Shown here piece after piece: positions 25,090 through 32,000 of a stretch of 32,000 nucleotides of DNA (positions are counted from its first letter, which is position 1; each line of letters begins with the position of its first letter). The stretch is taken from NCBI RefSeq assembly GCF_000196355.1, contig NC_007614.1, forward strand, positions 1,650,001-1,682,000, written 5' to 3'. Made by a program: the position numbers and the translations under genes. The notes beneath the pieces were generated by a model that searched no databases, was not told the DNA's origin, and saw nothing but the letters and a program-made list of their open reading frames with translations. This DNA is from Nitrosospira multiformis ATCC 25196. GTDB lineage: Bacteria > Pseudomonadota > Gammaproteobacteria > Burkholderiales > Nitrosomonadaceae.

Positions 25090-25140
25090 ATAAAAAGCCC
25101 GCTTAAAAAGCGGGCAATAAAAAACCCGCACGAGGCGGGC
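25090..25140 (-). terminator. Tandem intrinsic terminators (minus strand) ~65-110 nt downstream of the promoter
   Basis: The minus strand reads GCCCGCCUCGUGCGGG followed by UUUUUUAUU (25116..25140), then GCCCGCUU-UUU-AAGCGGGC followed by UUUUUAUUAU (25090..25115). Confidence 0.75.
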
Positions 25141-25208
25141 GATGTACAAGCGCTATAACGAGTTTTTAGTTTTGTGATCGTGCACGACAATCCACAATAT
25201 GGATGTGT

Positions 25209-25236
25209 ATTATACACCGTTACAGGGCATTGTCAA
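25209..25236 (-). promoter_or_regulatory. Consensus sigma70-type promoter whose -10 lies inside a 13-bp palindrome
   Basis: The minus strand reads TTGACA (25236..25231), a 16-nt spacer, then TATAAT (25214..25209). The -10 sits inside the perfect palindrome GTGTAT-A-ATACAC (25205..25217). Transcription would run toward the spanin and terminase genes. Confidence 0.65.
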
Positions 25237-25413
25237 GCTATTTGTTGCTACCAACTTGGTCTTAAGAGAAAGGAAAGGGATTTTTCCCTGAATTATCCAA
25301 CCACGGCAAAATTGGTTTTTTCCCCCCACCAGTGCTATAAATTAGAGGCCGTTGAGCCCATTAAACACCCCCTCTCTCCTGCAGGCTTTATCCCTACTTT
25401 TAAACGGAATTCT

Positions 25414-26016
25414 GTGATAAAAAAATTCGTAATGCTTCTTATATTTGGTCTGCCGTATTCAAACGCTACAGCACAAGAGGTGGGATCGAGGGAAATGGGC
25501 GTGCCAGAAGGCATTGTTCCGGTAGCCGGATCCACAGCGGAAGGGGCATCAAGTATCCTTGGCACCTCTTTTTACCCGCCCCTTTATTCTCCAGCCCTCA
25601 TAAATTCGCCGGGAGTATCCGCACACGCTCCCGGCACCCAGCTCGACGCGTATTCGCTTGGCCGCCCGGTCATTGTGCTGCCCATACAGCCTTATATTGG
25701 TACGGTATCCGGCTTTCAATATCCCGGCAGTTACATGCCGCACGGGACGCCTCTTCACAGATTCAATGGCTATATCGTTTGTAACCCCCCAAACCTTAAC
25801 AGAGATGCAGAAGCAGGGGCAGTGGCAGGAGCCGGTGGCCGACAAATAATCAAGATCACCTCAACGCGATCCCCCTCGATACCGGGGTATTCAGGACCAT
25901 GCCCTATCTACACGATAAACGGTGAGCTTCCACCGCAGAAAAGTCATAGCACGATTCGTCCTCGTGGAACGCCATCTACTCAACAACAAGGAAGGCACCA
26001 TAACAGCACTCAATGA
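25414..26016 (+). CDS. Possible secreted Pro/Gly-rich protein (low confidence)
   Basis: An in-frame GTG at 25414 gives MIKKFVMLLIFGLPYSNATA|QE, a plausible Sec signal peptide with an A-x-A site. The rest is low-complexity, and I saw no convincing RBS. The C-terminal 30 aa look like random read-through. Confidence 0.3.
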   Translation: MIKKFVMLLIFGLPYSNATAQEVGSREMGVPEGIVPVAGSTAEGASSILGTSFYPPLYSPALINSPGVSAHAPGTQLDAYSLGRPVIVLPIQPYIGTVSGFQYPGSYMPHGTPLHRFNGYIVCNPPNLNRDAEAGAVAGAGGRQIIKITSTRSPSIPGYSGPCPIYTINGELPPQKSHSTIRPRGTPSTQQQGRHHNSTQ

Positions 26017-26220
26017 CTATCTCTTTGCAGCCGGTCTGTCCATCAAAGGTGCCAAATCATATACGCAATGGTTAAGGGCGACGGACGGTGAATGGACTAC
26101 GGACTTACCAGCCGGAGGCTCTACTCGGAAGCGAAGCAGAGTGTCAGGTTTCCAACAACGCATTCACTACAAAACTGGATTGTGAGCCAAATTATCCGTG
26201 CTCCCACCATAAGAAATTGA

Positions 26221-27987
26221 TCAGGCGAAAATCTGCTTTACTGTCTCCCTGAATATTTCTCTCGAGTCTGAATCACCTTGCACGATTGCTGAGGCATAGG
26301 CTCTCGCCTGTTTGAAAGTGATATGGGGTGGCAACGGTGGTACGTTCGGGTCGGTACATGCCTCGAGCACCACCGGTCGATCTGCGGTCAAGGCACAATC
26401 CCATGCGCTGGCGATATTTTCTGGACGGTCGACGCGTATACCGTGCAGACCAATCAATTTTGCATAATCTGCGTATGGGACATCGGGAAGATCCTGAGCG
26501 GCATCGAATTTCGGATTACCCTCAGTGGCCCTCTGCTCCCAGGTTACCAGGTTCAGATCGCGATTATTCAAAACCAGTACCACGAGCCGGGGATCGCTCC
26601 AATGTCGCCAGTATTTGACGATGGTAATGAGCTCATTCATGCCGTTCATTTGCATCGCGCCATCTCCTGTCACGGCTATTACCACCCTGTCAGGATGCGC
26701 AAATTTAGCGGCGATTGCATAGGGCACGGCTGATCCCATCGTGGCAAGACCGCCGGAAAGCGAAGCCATCATGCCTTTACGGATTCGAATATCCCGCGCA
26801 TACCAGAATGTTGAAGAACCAGAATCGCCTGCGAGAATGCAATTATCCGGAAGCCGTGGCGATAATTCGTAGAATACGCGCTGGGGATTGATGGGATTTG
26901 CCGGCTCCATCGCCCTTGCCTCGATTTTCTTCCACCACTCGTCGACACTGCTCTCGATACGGTTTCGCCACGTACGGTCTTCCTTCCTTTTGAGTAACGG
27001 TATCAACAGCTTTAGCGTATCCTCACTATTCCCGACGAGGTTTACCTCCATCGGGTACCGCATGCTCATCATTCGTCCATCGATATCGATCTGGACGCCG
27101 CGTGCCTGCCCCTCCTCAGGCAAAAATTCGGAATAGGGAAAGCTGGAGCCGATCATCAGGAGTGTGTCGCACTCGGTCATCATGCTGTAGCTCGGCTTTG
27201 TGCCCAGCATGCCGATTGCCCCTGTCACATAAGGCAGATCGTCAGGGACCACAGTTTTTCCCAGTAGCGCCTTGGCAATTCCCGCGCCGAGCAGATCAGC
27301 CACCTGGAGAATTTCACTTGTTGCGTTCAGTGCCCCCGCGCCAACCAGAATCGCCACCTTCGACCCATCGTTCAGCACATCCGCGGCCCGTTGCAGGTCC
27401 TCAATCTCTGGAACCACACGGGGAGATCGATATCCTGCTCCCGAATAAATCGTGCCATGTTCGTGAGGGGGTTTCACAAACTCCATGTCCTGGATGTCAT
27501 TGGGAACAATAACGCAGCATACGTTATGCTCGGCCTTTGCAATACGCATAGCGCGATCGAGCACGTGGCGCACTTGCCCTGGCGTTGTCACAATATGAAC
27601 ATACTCATGCGCCACATCCTTGAAGAGCGAAACGAGATCGACTTCCTGCTGGTAGCTGCCCCCCAGAGCGGTACGTTTCTGCTGACCTACTATCGCCACC
27701 ACCGGCTGATGATCGAGCTTGGCATCATATAAACCATTGAGCAGGTGGATAGCTCCCGGGCCTGAGGTGGCCAGGCAAATACCAACTTCCCCCGTGAACT
27801 TGGCGTGGGCGCACGCCATGAACGCCGCCATCTCTTCATGCCTGATCTGGACAAATTCGAGCTTATCTGAAACTCGATTGATCGCCCCCATAATGCCGTT
27901 GATGCCGTCGCCAGGAAGGCCGAAGATACGTTTTACCCCCCATTCGGACAAACGCCGAACCAGGAAATCGCTGACCGTTTCTTTCAT
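26221..27987 (-). CDS. Thiamine-pyrophosphate-dependent enzyme, pyruvate oxidase/dehydrogenase (quinone)-like
   Basis: 588 aa. The N-terminus (GVKRIFGLPGDGINGIMGA...IRHEEMAAFMACAHAKFTGEVGICLATSGPGAIHLLNGLYDA) and the TPP-binding motif GDGAMQMN...NN are typical of the PoxB/acetolactate-synthase superfamily. Confidence 0.85.
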   Translation of the reverse strand: MKETVSDFLVRRLSEWGVKRIFGLPGDGINGIMGAINRVSDKLEFVQIRHEEMAAFMACAHAKFTGEVGICLATSGPGAIHLLNGLYDAKLDHQPVVAIVGQQKRTALGGSYQQEVDLVSLFKDVAHEYVHIVTTPGQVRHVLDRAMRIAKAEHNVCCVIVPNDIQDMEFVKPPHEHGTIYSGAGYRSPRVVPEIEDLQRAADVLNDGSKVAILVGAGALNATSEILQVADLLGAGIAKALLGKTVVPDDLPYVTGAIGMLGTKPSYSMMTECDTLLMIGSSFPYSEFLPEEGQARGVQIDIDGRMMSMRYPMEVNLVGNSEDTLKLLIPLLKRKEDRTWRNRIESSVDEWWKKIEARAMEPANPINPQRVFYELSPRLPDNCILAGDSGSSTFWYARDIRIRKGMMASLSGGLATMGSAVPYAIAAKFAHPDRVVIAVTGDGAMQMNGMNELITIVKYWRHWSDPRLVVLVLNNRDLNLVTWEQRATEGNPKFDAAQDLPDVPYADYAKLIGLHGIRVDRPENIASAWDCALTADRPVVLEACTDPNVPPLPPHITFKQARAYASAIVQGDSDSREIFRETVKQIFA

Positions 27988-28142
27988 GATCGAACTCTGT
28001 TAGGAATATTATTGCTCCCAAACATCCCATAAACGTGCACGAAACATTGTGCGGTAGCTCACGGTAGCAACATAAACCCGGCCTTTTGTCAGCATTTTCC
28101 CCTGCTATCGGGTTCGGAGTGCCAAATGCTATTGCATGGCTG

Positions 28143-28754
28143 TCATACGAGCCTCACTCTTATCACGTCGGGATCATCCGCAAACTCCAATAGCAGGCGG
28201 CGTACACGTTCCTGCCAGGCCTGGGCAAATGCTTCCCGCTGCAGGCCGTTGGCATCACCCTCCAGGATGGTCATCAGCCGCTCTCCCTGGGCAGGATCCG
28301 CCGGCACCGGGGAGACGTTGAGATGCACCGCTACACAAGCACCCGTATCGAGGCGTTTGAAGTTAATCGCCTCTCCTTCCCGTTGCTGCGCGAAAGTGAG
28401 CAGACCTTGTCGCCGGAATTGCCCCCGAATGCCGTGAAAACCATTGCTGGAAGCAGCGCCCGTGAGCAAAGTCAGCACCTGCGCCATGACACCCGTCACC
28501 CCTTCGTGCTCTGGCGCCGGCATATACACGGCAATATTACCGCGTTCCGCAGGCTCATCAGGGTACAGAGCGCCCAATGCTGCACGCCCCACCAGGAACG
28601 CGCCCGCAACTGTAGGGCAGGAATGTCCAGCAAGGCGTACGGCATCGACATAACGGTATTCAAGCACGCCGTCGCGCGCCGCCCCAAGCATAGCGGCGAA
28701 TGGATCGCGAGTGCGTATTACAGGCGCTTTTTCATAGAAATCGGGAAAATGCAT
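28143..28754 (-). CDS. Hypothetical protein, FmdE-like (tentative)
   Basis: 203-aa ORF. AGHSCPTVAGAF recalls the HGH-x-CPG motif of FmdE-domain proteins. The assignment is weak. Confidence 0.6.
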   Translation of the reverse strand: MHFPDFYEKAPVIRTRDPFAAMLGAARDGVLEYRYVDAVRLAGHSCPTVAGAFLVGRAALGALYPDEPAERGNIAVYMPAPEHEGVTGVMAQVLTLLTGAASSNGFHGIRGQFRRQGLLTFAQQREGEAINFKRLDTGACVAVHLNVSPVPADPAQGERLMTILEGDANGLQREAFAQAWQERVRRLLLEFADDPDVIRVRLV

Positions 28755-28808
28755 ACGTCTCCTTTTGACTAACAGGTTTTCTGGAAAAACGTGAACAGTC
28801 TGCGCAGG

Positions 28809-29258
28809 CTATACATCCGCATTGATAATGCATGAATGCGACTGCAACTGTGGAAAAGCGGTTCGTTCCTCGTAACGCACGTGCGAACCAAGAAGCTCGC
28901 CGAACCGGCGTAACCGGTCTATCGGAATGAGCTCACAGGTATTGGAGGCCAACCTTCGCAACTCTTCGTGTTCTGCGCGAATTCGTGCTGCCACTTCTGC
29001 ATCGAATGCGCTCCCCACGGTTTCCAGCAACCGTTCCTCCACCTCGAAATGCCGGACTAGAAGCGTAGCCCAATGGCGCTCGATATCCTTGATAGCTGCG
29101 GATAATACGGCTGGGTCGCCGGTATTGGCTGCACGGCGTGCATTCCGCGCCACTACAAGTGATGTATGGTGTTCGCGGGATAACGAAAGCAATGCACCGA
29201 TCCGGGGCATTTCAAAGTGATAATGGAGTTGACTACGATAAACAGGATTAAAGTTCAT
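28809..29258 (-). CDS. Hemerythrin-like (HHE cation-binding) domain protein
   Basis: Motifs LSREHHTSL, IERHWATLLVRHFEVEERLL and IRAEHEELRRL. I prefer the ATG at 29258, which overlaps the upstream stop (ATGA). Confidence 0.7.
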   Translation of the reverse strand: MNFNPVYRSQLHYHFEMPRIGALLSLSREHHTSLVVARNARRAANTGDPAVLSAAIKDIERHWATLLVRHFEVEERLLETVGSAFDAEVAARIRAEHEELRRLASNTCELIPIDRLRRFGELLGSHVRYEERTAFPQLQSHSCIINADV

Positions 29259-29839
29259 TGTCGCATTGTCTTCAATGCCACTGCCCATTTATGGAGTTCG
29301 TTGAGCAAGGATGTACCCGAACTCATATGGTGGTCGTTCGGAACGAAATTTTCGACATCATCCAGATGTGCCGACACATTCTGGATCGCAACCGCCTCCA
29401 TCATGGGCATCATTTTCAGTGTTGTAAGAGTAAGTTTTTCAACCAGCGCAGCGCGCATGCCACCTGAGACTCCGCCGTAACTTACCAATGCCGCAGGCTT
29501 ATAATTCCATTCTTTGTAAACATAGTTGAGCGCATTCAGGAGAGAAGGCGGGGCTCCGAAATTATATTCCGGCGTCACAAATACATAGGCATCTGCCGCA
29601 TTCACGCTCGCCGCCCATTTCTTCGTATGCTCATGCTGGTAGTGCTGACGGACCGGATGTTCGGGTTCATCATATACCGGCAGATTGAATTCCTCCAGAT
29701 CGACCAGCGCCGCCTCAAATTTTCCGTGCTGTACCGCAAATTCATGAAACCATCTGGCAACTGAGGGTCCCACCCGGCCAGGCCGGGTACTGCAGATAAT
29801 GATGTGAAGTCTAAGATTCATGTTTTTCCTCTCGTTCAT
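29255..29839 (-). CDS. NAD(P)H-dependent FMN reductase family oxidoreductase
   Basis: IIICSTRPGRVGPSVARW...ADAYVFVTPEYNFGAPPSLLNALNY...SYGGVSGG is typical of the FMN_red family. The true start may be the MNLRLH ATG at 29821. Confidence 0.8.
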   Translation of the reverse strand: MNERKNMNLRLHIIICSTRPGRVGPSVARWFHEFAVQHGKFEAALVDLEEFNLPVYDEPEHPVRQHYQHEHTKKWAASVNAADAYVFVTPEYNFGAPPSLLNALNYVYKEWNYKPAALVSYGGVSGGMRAALVEKLTLTTLKMMPMMEAVAIQNVSAHLDDVENFVPNDHHMSSGTSLLNELHKWAVALKTMRQ

Positions 29840-29988
29840 TGTGATAGCTAAAAGCGAAGGGACGATTCCTGCTATCCGCCCCCGGCCGATCCTGCATCCC
29901 TTGACCTGCGCAGGAATGGGCGATTGGACCGCAGGATCCTTGCCCGACTGAAAATAGCTGTCGCTTCGCCGGAAACAGCAAACCGGGA

Positions 29989-30855
29989 CTAATGTGTTAT
30001 TTGTCCGAAGCGACCACTGTTGAAATCATTCATGGCCTGGACAATTTCCTGCTGGCTGTTCATCACGAATGGACCGTGACCAACGATGGGCTCATCGATG
30101 GGTTTGCCGCTTAGCAGCAGTACTACAGCGTCATTGTTGGCTTCAATCGAGACGTCTCGACCCGCCCGATCCAACACCACCATCTGCGCCTCGCGAGCAA
30201 CTGTTTCGCCATTCACGAGCACGGTCCCATGCAGAACAATCACTGCCACGTTCCATCCTTCGGGAAGTGCCAATTCGCTCATCCCCCCCTGTTTCAACCG
30301 CAGGTCCCAGACATGCATTGGCGTGAAGGTTCTGGCTGGACCCGCCTGACCAGCATACTCGCCTGCAATCACGCGAACCGTTCCCGCCTCCTCAGGGAGC
30401 GCTACCCTTGGAATATCACGGTCGAGGATAGCTTGATAGCGGGGTGCAGTCATTTTGTTCCTGGCTGGCAGGTTCACCCACAACTGTACCATTTCAAGTA
30501 CGCCACCGGATTCAGTGAATGTGGGGGAGTGGAACTCCTCGTGCAAGATACCGCTACCCGCTGTCATCCACTGCACATCCCCTGGACCGATAGTTCCGCC
30601 TTGTCCGGTCGAGTCATGGTGCGCCACCTCGCCTTTGTAAACGATAGTGACCGTCTCAAAACCACGATGGGGGTGCTCACCCACACCACGAGGCGTGTCA
30701 GCCGGTGAAAAATCGGCTGGCCCTGCATAATCGAGCAACAGGAAAGGACTGAGTTGTTTGCCGTGACCTTGGTACGAGAACATGGAACGCACAGGAAAAC
30801 CATCTCCCACCCAATGGGAACGCGGTGCATTGTAGATACCGAGAATTCTTTTCAT
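29989..30855 (-). CDS. Pirin family protein
   Basis: GFPVRSMF..FLLLDYAGP...HPHRGFETVTIVYKGEVAHHDSTG..G.IGPGDVQWMTAGSGILHEE is the canonical pirin N-terminal cupin signature. Confidence 0.9.
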   Translation of the reverse strand: MKRILGIYNAPRSHWVGDGFPVRSMFSYQGHGKQLSPFLLLDYAGPADFSPADTPRGVGEHPHRGFETVTIVYKGEVAHHDSTGQGGTIGPGDVQWMTAGSGILHEEFHSPTFTESGGVLEMVQLWVNLPARNKMTAPRYQAILDRDIPRVALPEEAGTVRVIAGEYAGQAGPARTFTPMHVWDLRLKQGGMSELALPEGWNVAVIVLHGTVLVNGETVAREAQMVVLDRAGRDVSIEANNDAVVLLLSGKPIDEPIVGHGPFVMNSQQEIVQAMNDFNSGRFGQITH

Positions 30856-30920
30856 GTCGAACTCCTGCTTAATGGAATGTAGTAAAAGTATAGATTGGAA
30901 ACCATCACGTATGTAGACTG

Positions 30921-30950
30921 CTAAAATAGCTAGGAGAGTTCTATTTTTAG
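30921..30950. promoter_or_regulatory. Dyad CTAAAATAG-N11-CTATTTTTAG, a candidate LysR-type (T-N11-A) operator
   Basis: A near-perfect inverted repeat in the pirin/lysR divergent intergenic region, with an ATAG-N11-CTAT core. Confidence 0.45.
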
Positions 30951-30965
30951 GACGATAAGGTTGCA

Positions 30966-31871
30966 GTGCAAGATTTGAATGATCTTTACTACTACGTCCA
31001 GGCAGTCGATCATGGCGGCTTTGCCCAGGCAGGCCGAGCGCTGGGAATGCCGAAATCGAAGCTCAGCCGTCGCATCGCAACGTTGGAAGAGCGGCTAGGG
31101 GTGCGCCTCATCCAACGTTCATCACGTCGCTTTACAGTGACTGAAGTCGGACAAACCTATTACGAGCACTGCAAAGCGATGCTCGTGGAAGCAGAGGCTG
31201 CTCAGGAAGCAATAGAGGCAATGCAAGCGGAACCTCGGGGTGTCGTCCGTCTAACATGTCCGGTGGCGCTGCTGCATGTGAATGTCGGGGTGATGCTGGC
31301 CGACTTTATGGTGCGTTATCCGCATATCACGCTCCATCTCGAGGCCACCAATCGGCGTGTGGATGTGCTGAGCGAAGCAGTAGATGTAGCCATTCGCGTG
31401 CGACCGCCACCCTTGCAGGATAGTGATCTGGTCATGCGTGTCCTGGCTGATCGGGGACAGTGTCTGGTAGGAAGTCAGGCGCTTGTATGGCACTTCGGTT
31501 TTCCTCGCACCCCCGGCGAGTTGAGCAACTGGCCCAGCCTCGGACTGGGAACGCCTCAACAAATCCATAAATGGGTACTGCACGGGCCGAACGGTGCTCA
31601 GGCAACGCTTCATCACATGCCGCGTTTAATCACCACCGATATGATTACCTTAAGAAATGCGGCATTGGCCGGGGTGGGAATGGTACAACTGCCTGTTCTG
31701 ATGGTACGTGATCATTTGGCAGCAGGTTCGCTGGTCAGGCTGGTGCCTGATTGGACTCCTCACCGGGAAATTGTCCATGCTGTATTTCCATCTCGGCGCG
31801 GCCTTCTGCCATCGGTGCGAACGCTCATTGATTTTCTCGCAGAGCGTTTTCGCTTACTGCATGAGGAGTGA
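30966..31871 (+). CDS. LysR-family transcriptional regulator
   Basis: N-terminal wHTH (FAQAGRALGMPKSKLSRRIATLEERLGVRLIQRSSRRFTVTEVG) plus a LysR substrate-binding-type C-terminus. GTG start; divergent from the pirin operon. Confidence 0.9.
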   Translation: MQDLNDLYYYVQAVDHGGFAQAGRALGMPKSKLSRRIATLEERLGVRLIQRSSRRFTVTEVGQTYYEHCKAMLVEAEAAQEAIEAMQAEPRGVVRLTCPVALLHVNVGVMLADFMVRYPHITLHLEATNRRVDVLSEAVDVAIRVRPPPLQDSDLVMRVLADRGQCLVGSQALVWHFGFPRTPGELSNWPSLGLGTPQQIHKWVLHGPNGAQATLHHMPRLITTDMITLRNAALAGVGMVQLPVLMVRDHLAAGSLVRLVPDWTPHREIVHAVFPSRRGLLPSVRTLIDFLAERFRLLHEE

Positions 31872-32000
31872 GTGCAATATTCGCGGAAAGGGGTTTTCCC
31901 CTCCCTTTCCCGCATATGCAAGAAGCAGAAGCATAGGGTTCTTATAATGCCACCCTGATAATCGGCTTGATGGTAATACCCTTCTCACTATCCTCTGCCG

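Noticed and set aside
24746-25149. ORFs 24746..25090 (+, 114 aa) and 24925..25149 (-, 74 aa) in the junction
   Set aside because: Both run through the terminator hairpins and AT-rich sequence, and neither has an RBS or any motif. A 26-codon minus-strand mini-ORF (MTGMSCLGIGLTASLLMSEDEAEAVR, ~24855..24932) was also seen, but it is too short to support.
25335-25845. Minus-strand ORFs (76 aa; 98 aa with CHCPCFC) upstream of the promoter, as a possible Q-like antiterminator
   Set aside because: They lie antisense to the longer plus-strand ORF and are basic and low-complexity. They show no resemblance to known antiterminator features that I can recognise and have no RBS.
29888-29938. 8-bp inverted repeat GATCCTGC...GCAGGATC enclosing the palindrome CCTGCGCAGG, between the pirin and FMN reductase genes
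   Set aside because: It is a small intergenic structured element, possibly REP-like or an attenuator. It has no U-tract and no second copy in the window, so there is not enough to call it.
1-32000. CRISPR arrays, rRNA/tRNA genes and recognisable defence-system genes (nucleases, helicases, RT, TIR/SIR2-type)
   Set aside because: I scanned both strands and the ORF track. There are no short regularly spaced direct repeats, no RNA gene signatures, and no ORFs with such motifs. The only repeats are the 1.69-kb duplication, the scaffold remnant, the terminator hairpins and the IS inverted repeats.

Overview
About 25 kb of this window (1..~25240) is the late region of a prophage, and every gene in it is on the minus strand. 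Read in the direction of transcription it contains: a consensus promoter with tandem terminators, an i-/o-spanin-like pair, small and large terminase, a portal, an insert described below, scaffold, major capsid, neck and small virion genes, a tail-collar fiber, a lysis cassette with a SAR GH24 endolysin, a 678-aa virion protein, an IS3-family insertion, two small ORFs, a LamG-repeat fiber-like protein, and a GNAT acetyltransferase that runs off the left edge. To the right lie a poorly coding ~1 kb junction (24735..26220) and an ordinary chromosomal redox-type cluster: a TPP pyruvate-oxidase-like enzyme, an FmdE-like protein, hemerythrin, FMN reductase and pirin, with a divergent LysR regulator. 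The most unusual feature is 6.1 kb between portal and scaffold, a gap that is normally empty. It holds three stacked two-gene cassettes. Each starts with an ORF carrying the same ~40-aa N-terminus (MIRFL..GY.YGKG..F....E.ILI) and is tightly coupled to a carbohydrate-enzyme-like partner: a 523-aa beta-helix once, and a 245-aa lyase-like jelly roll twice. Each cassette ends in the same GAAA-tetraloop terminator. Two of the cassettes form a 1.69-kb tandem duplication with very asymmetric divergence. A frameshifted scaffold 5' remnant marks a recombination scar between cassette 1 and cassette 2. I saw no CRISPR array, tRNA, rRNA, integrase, reverse transcriptase, tape-measure or tail tube/sheath gene. 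All functional calls come from reading motifs by eye; no database search was possible.
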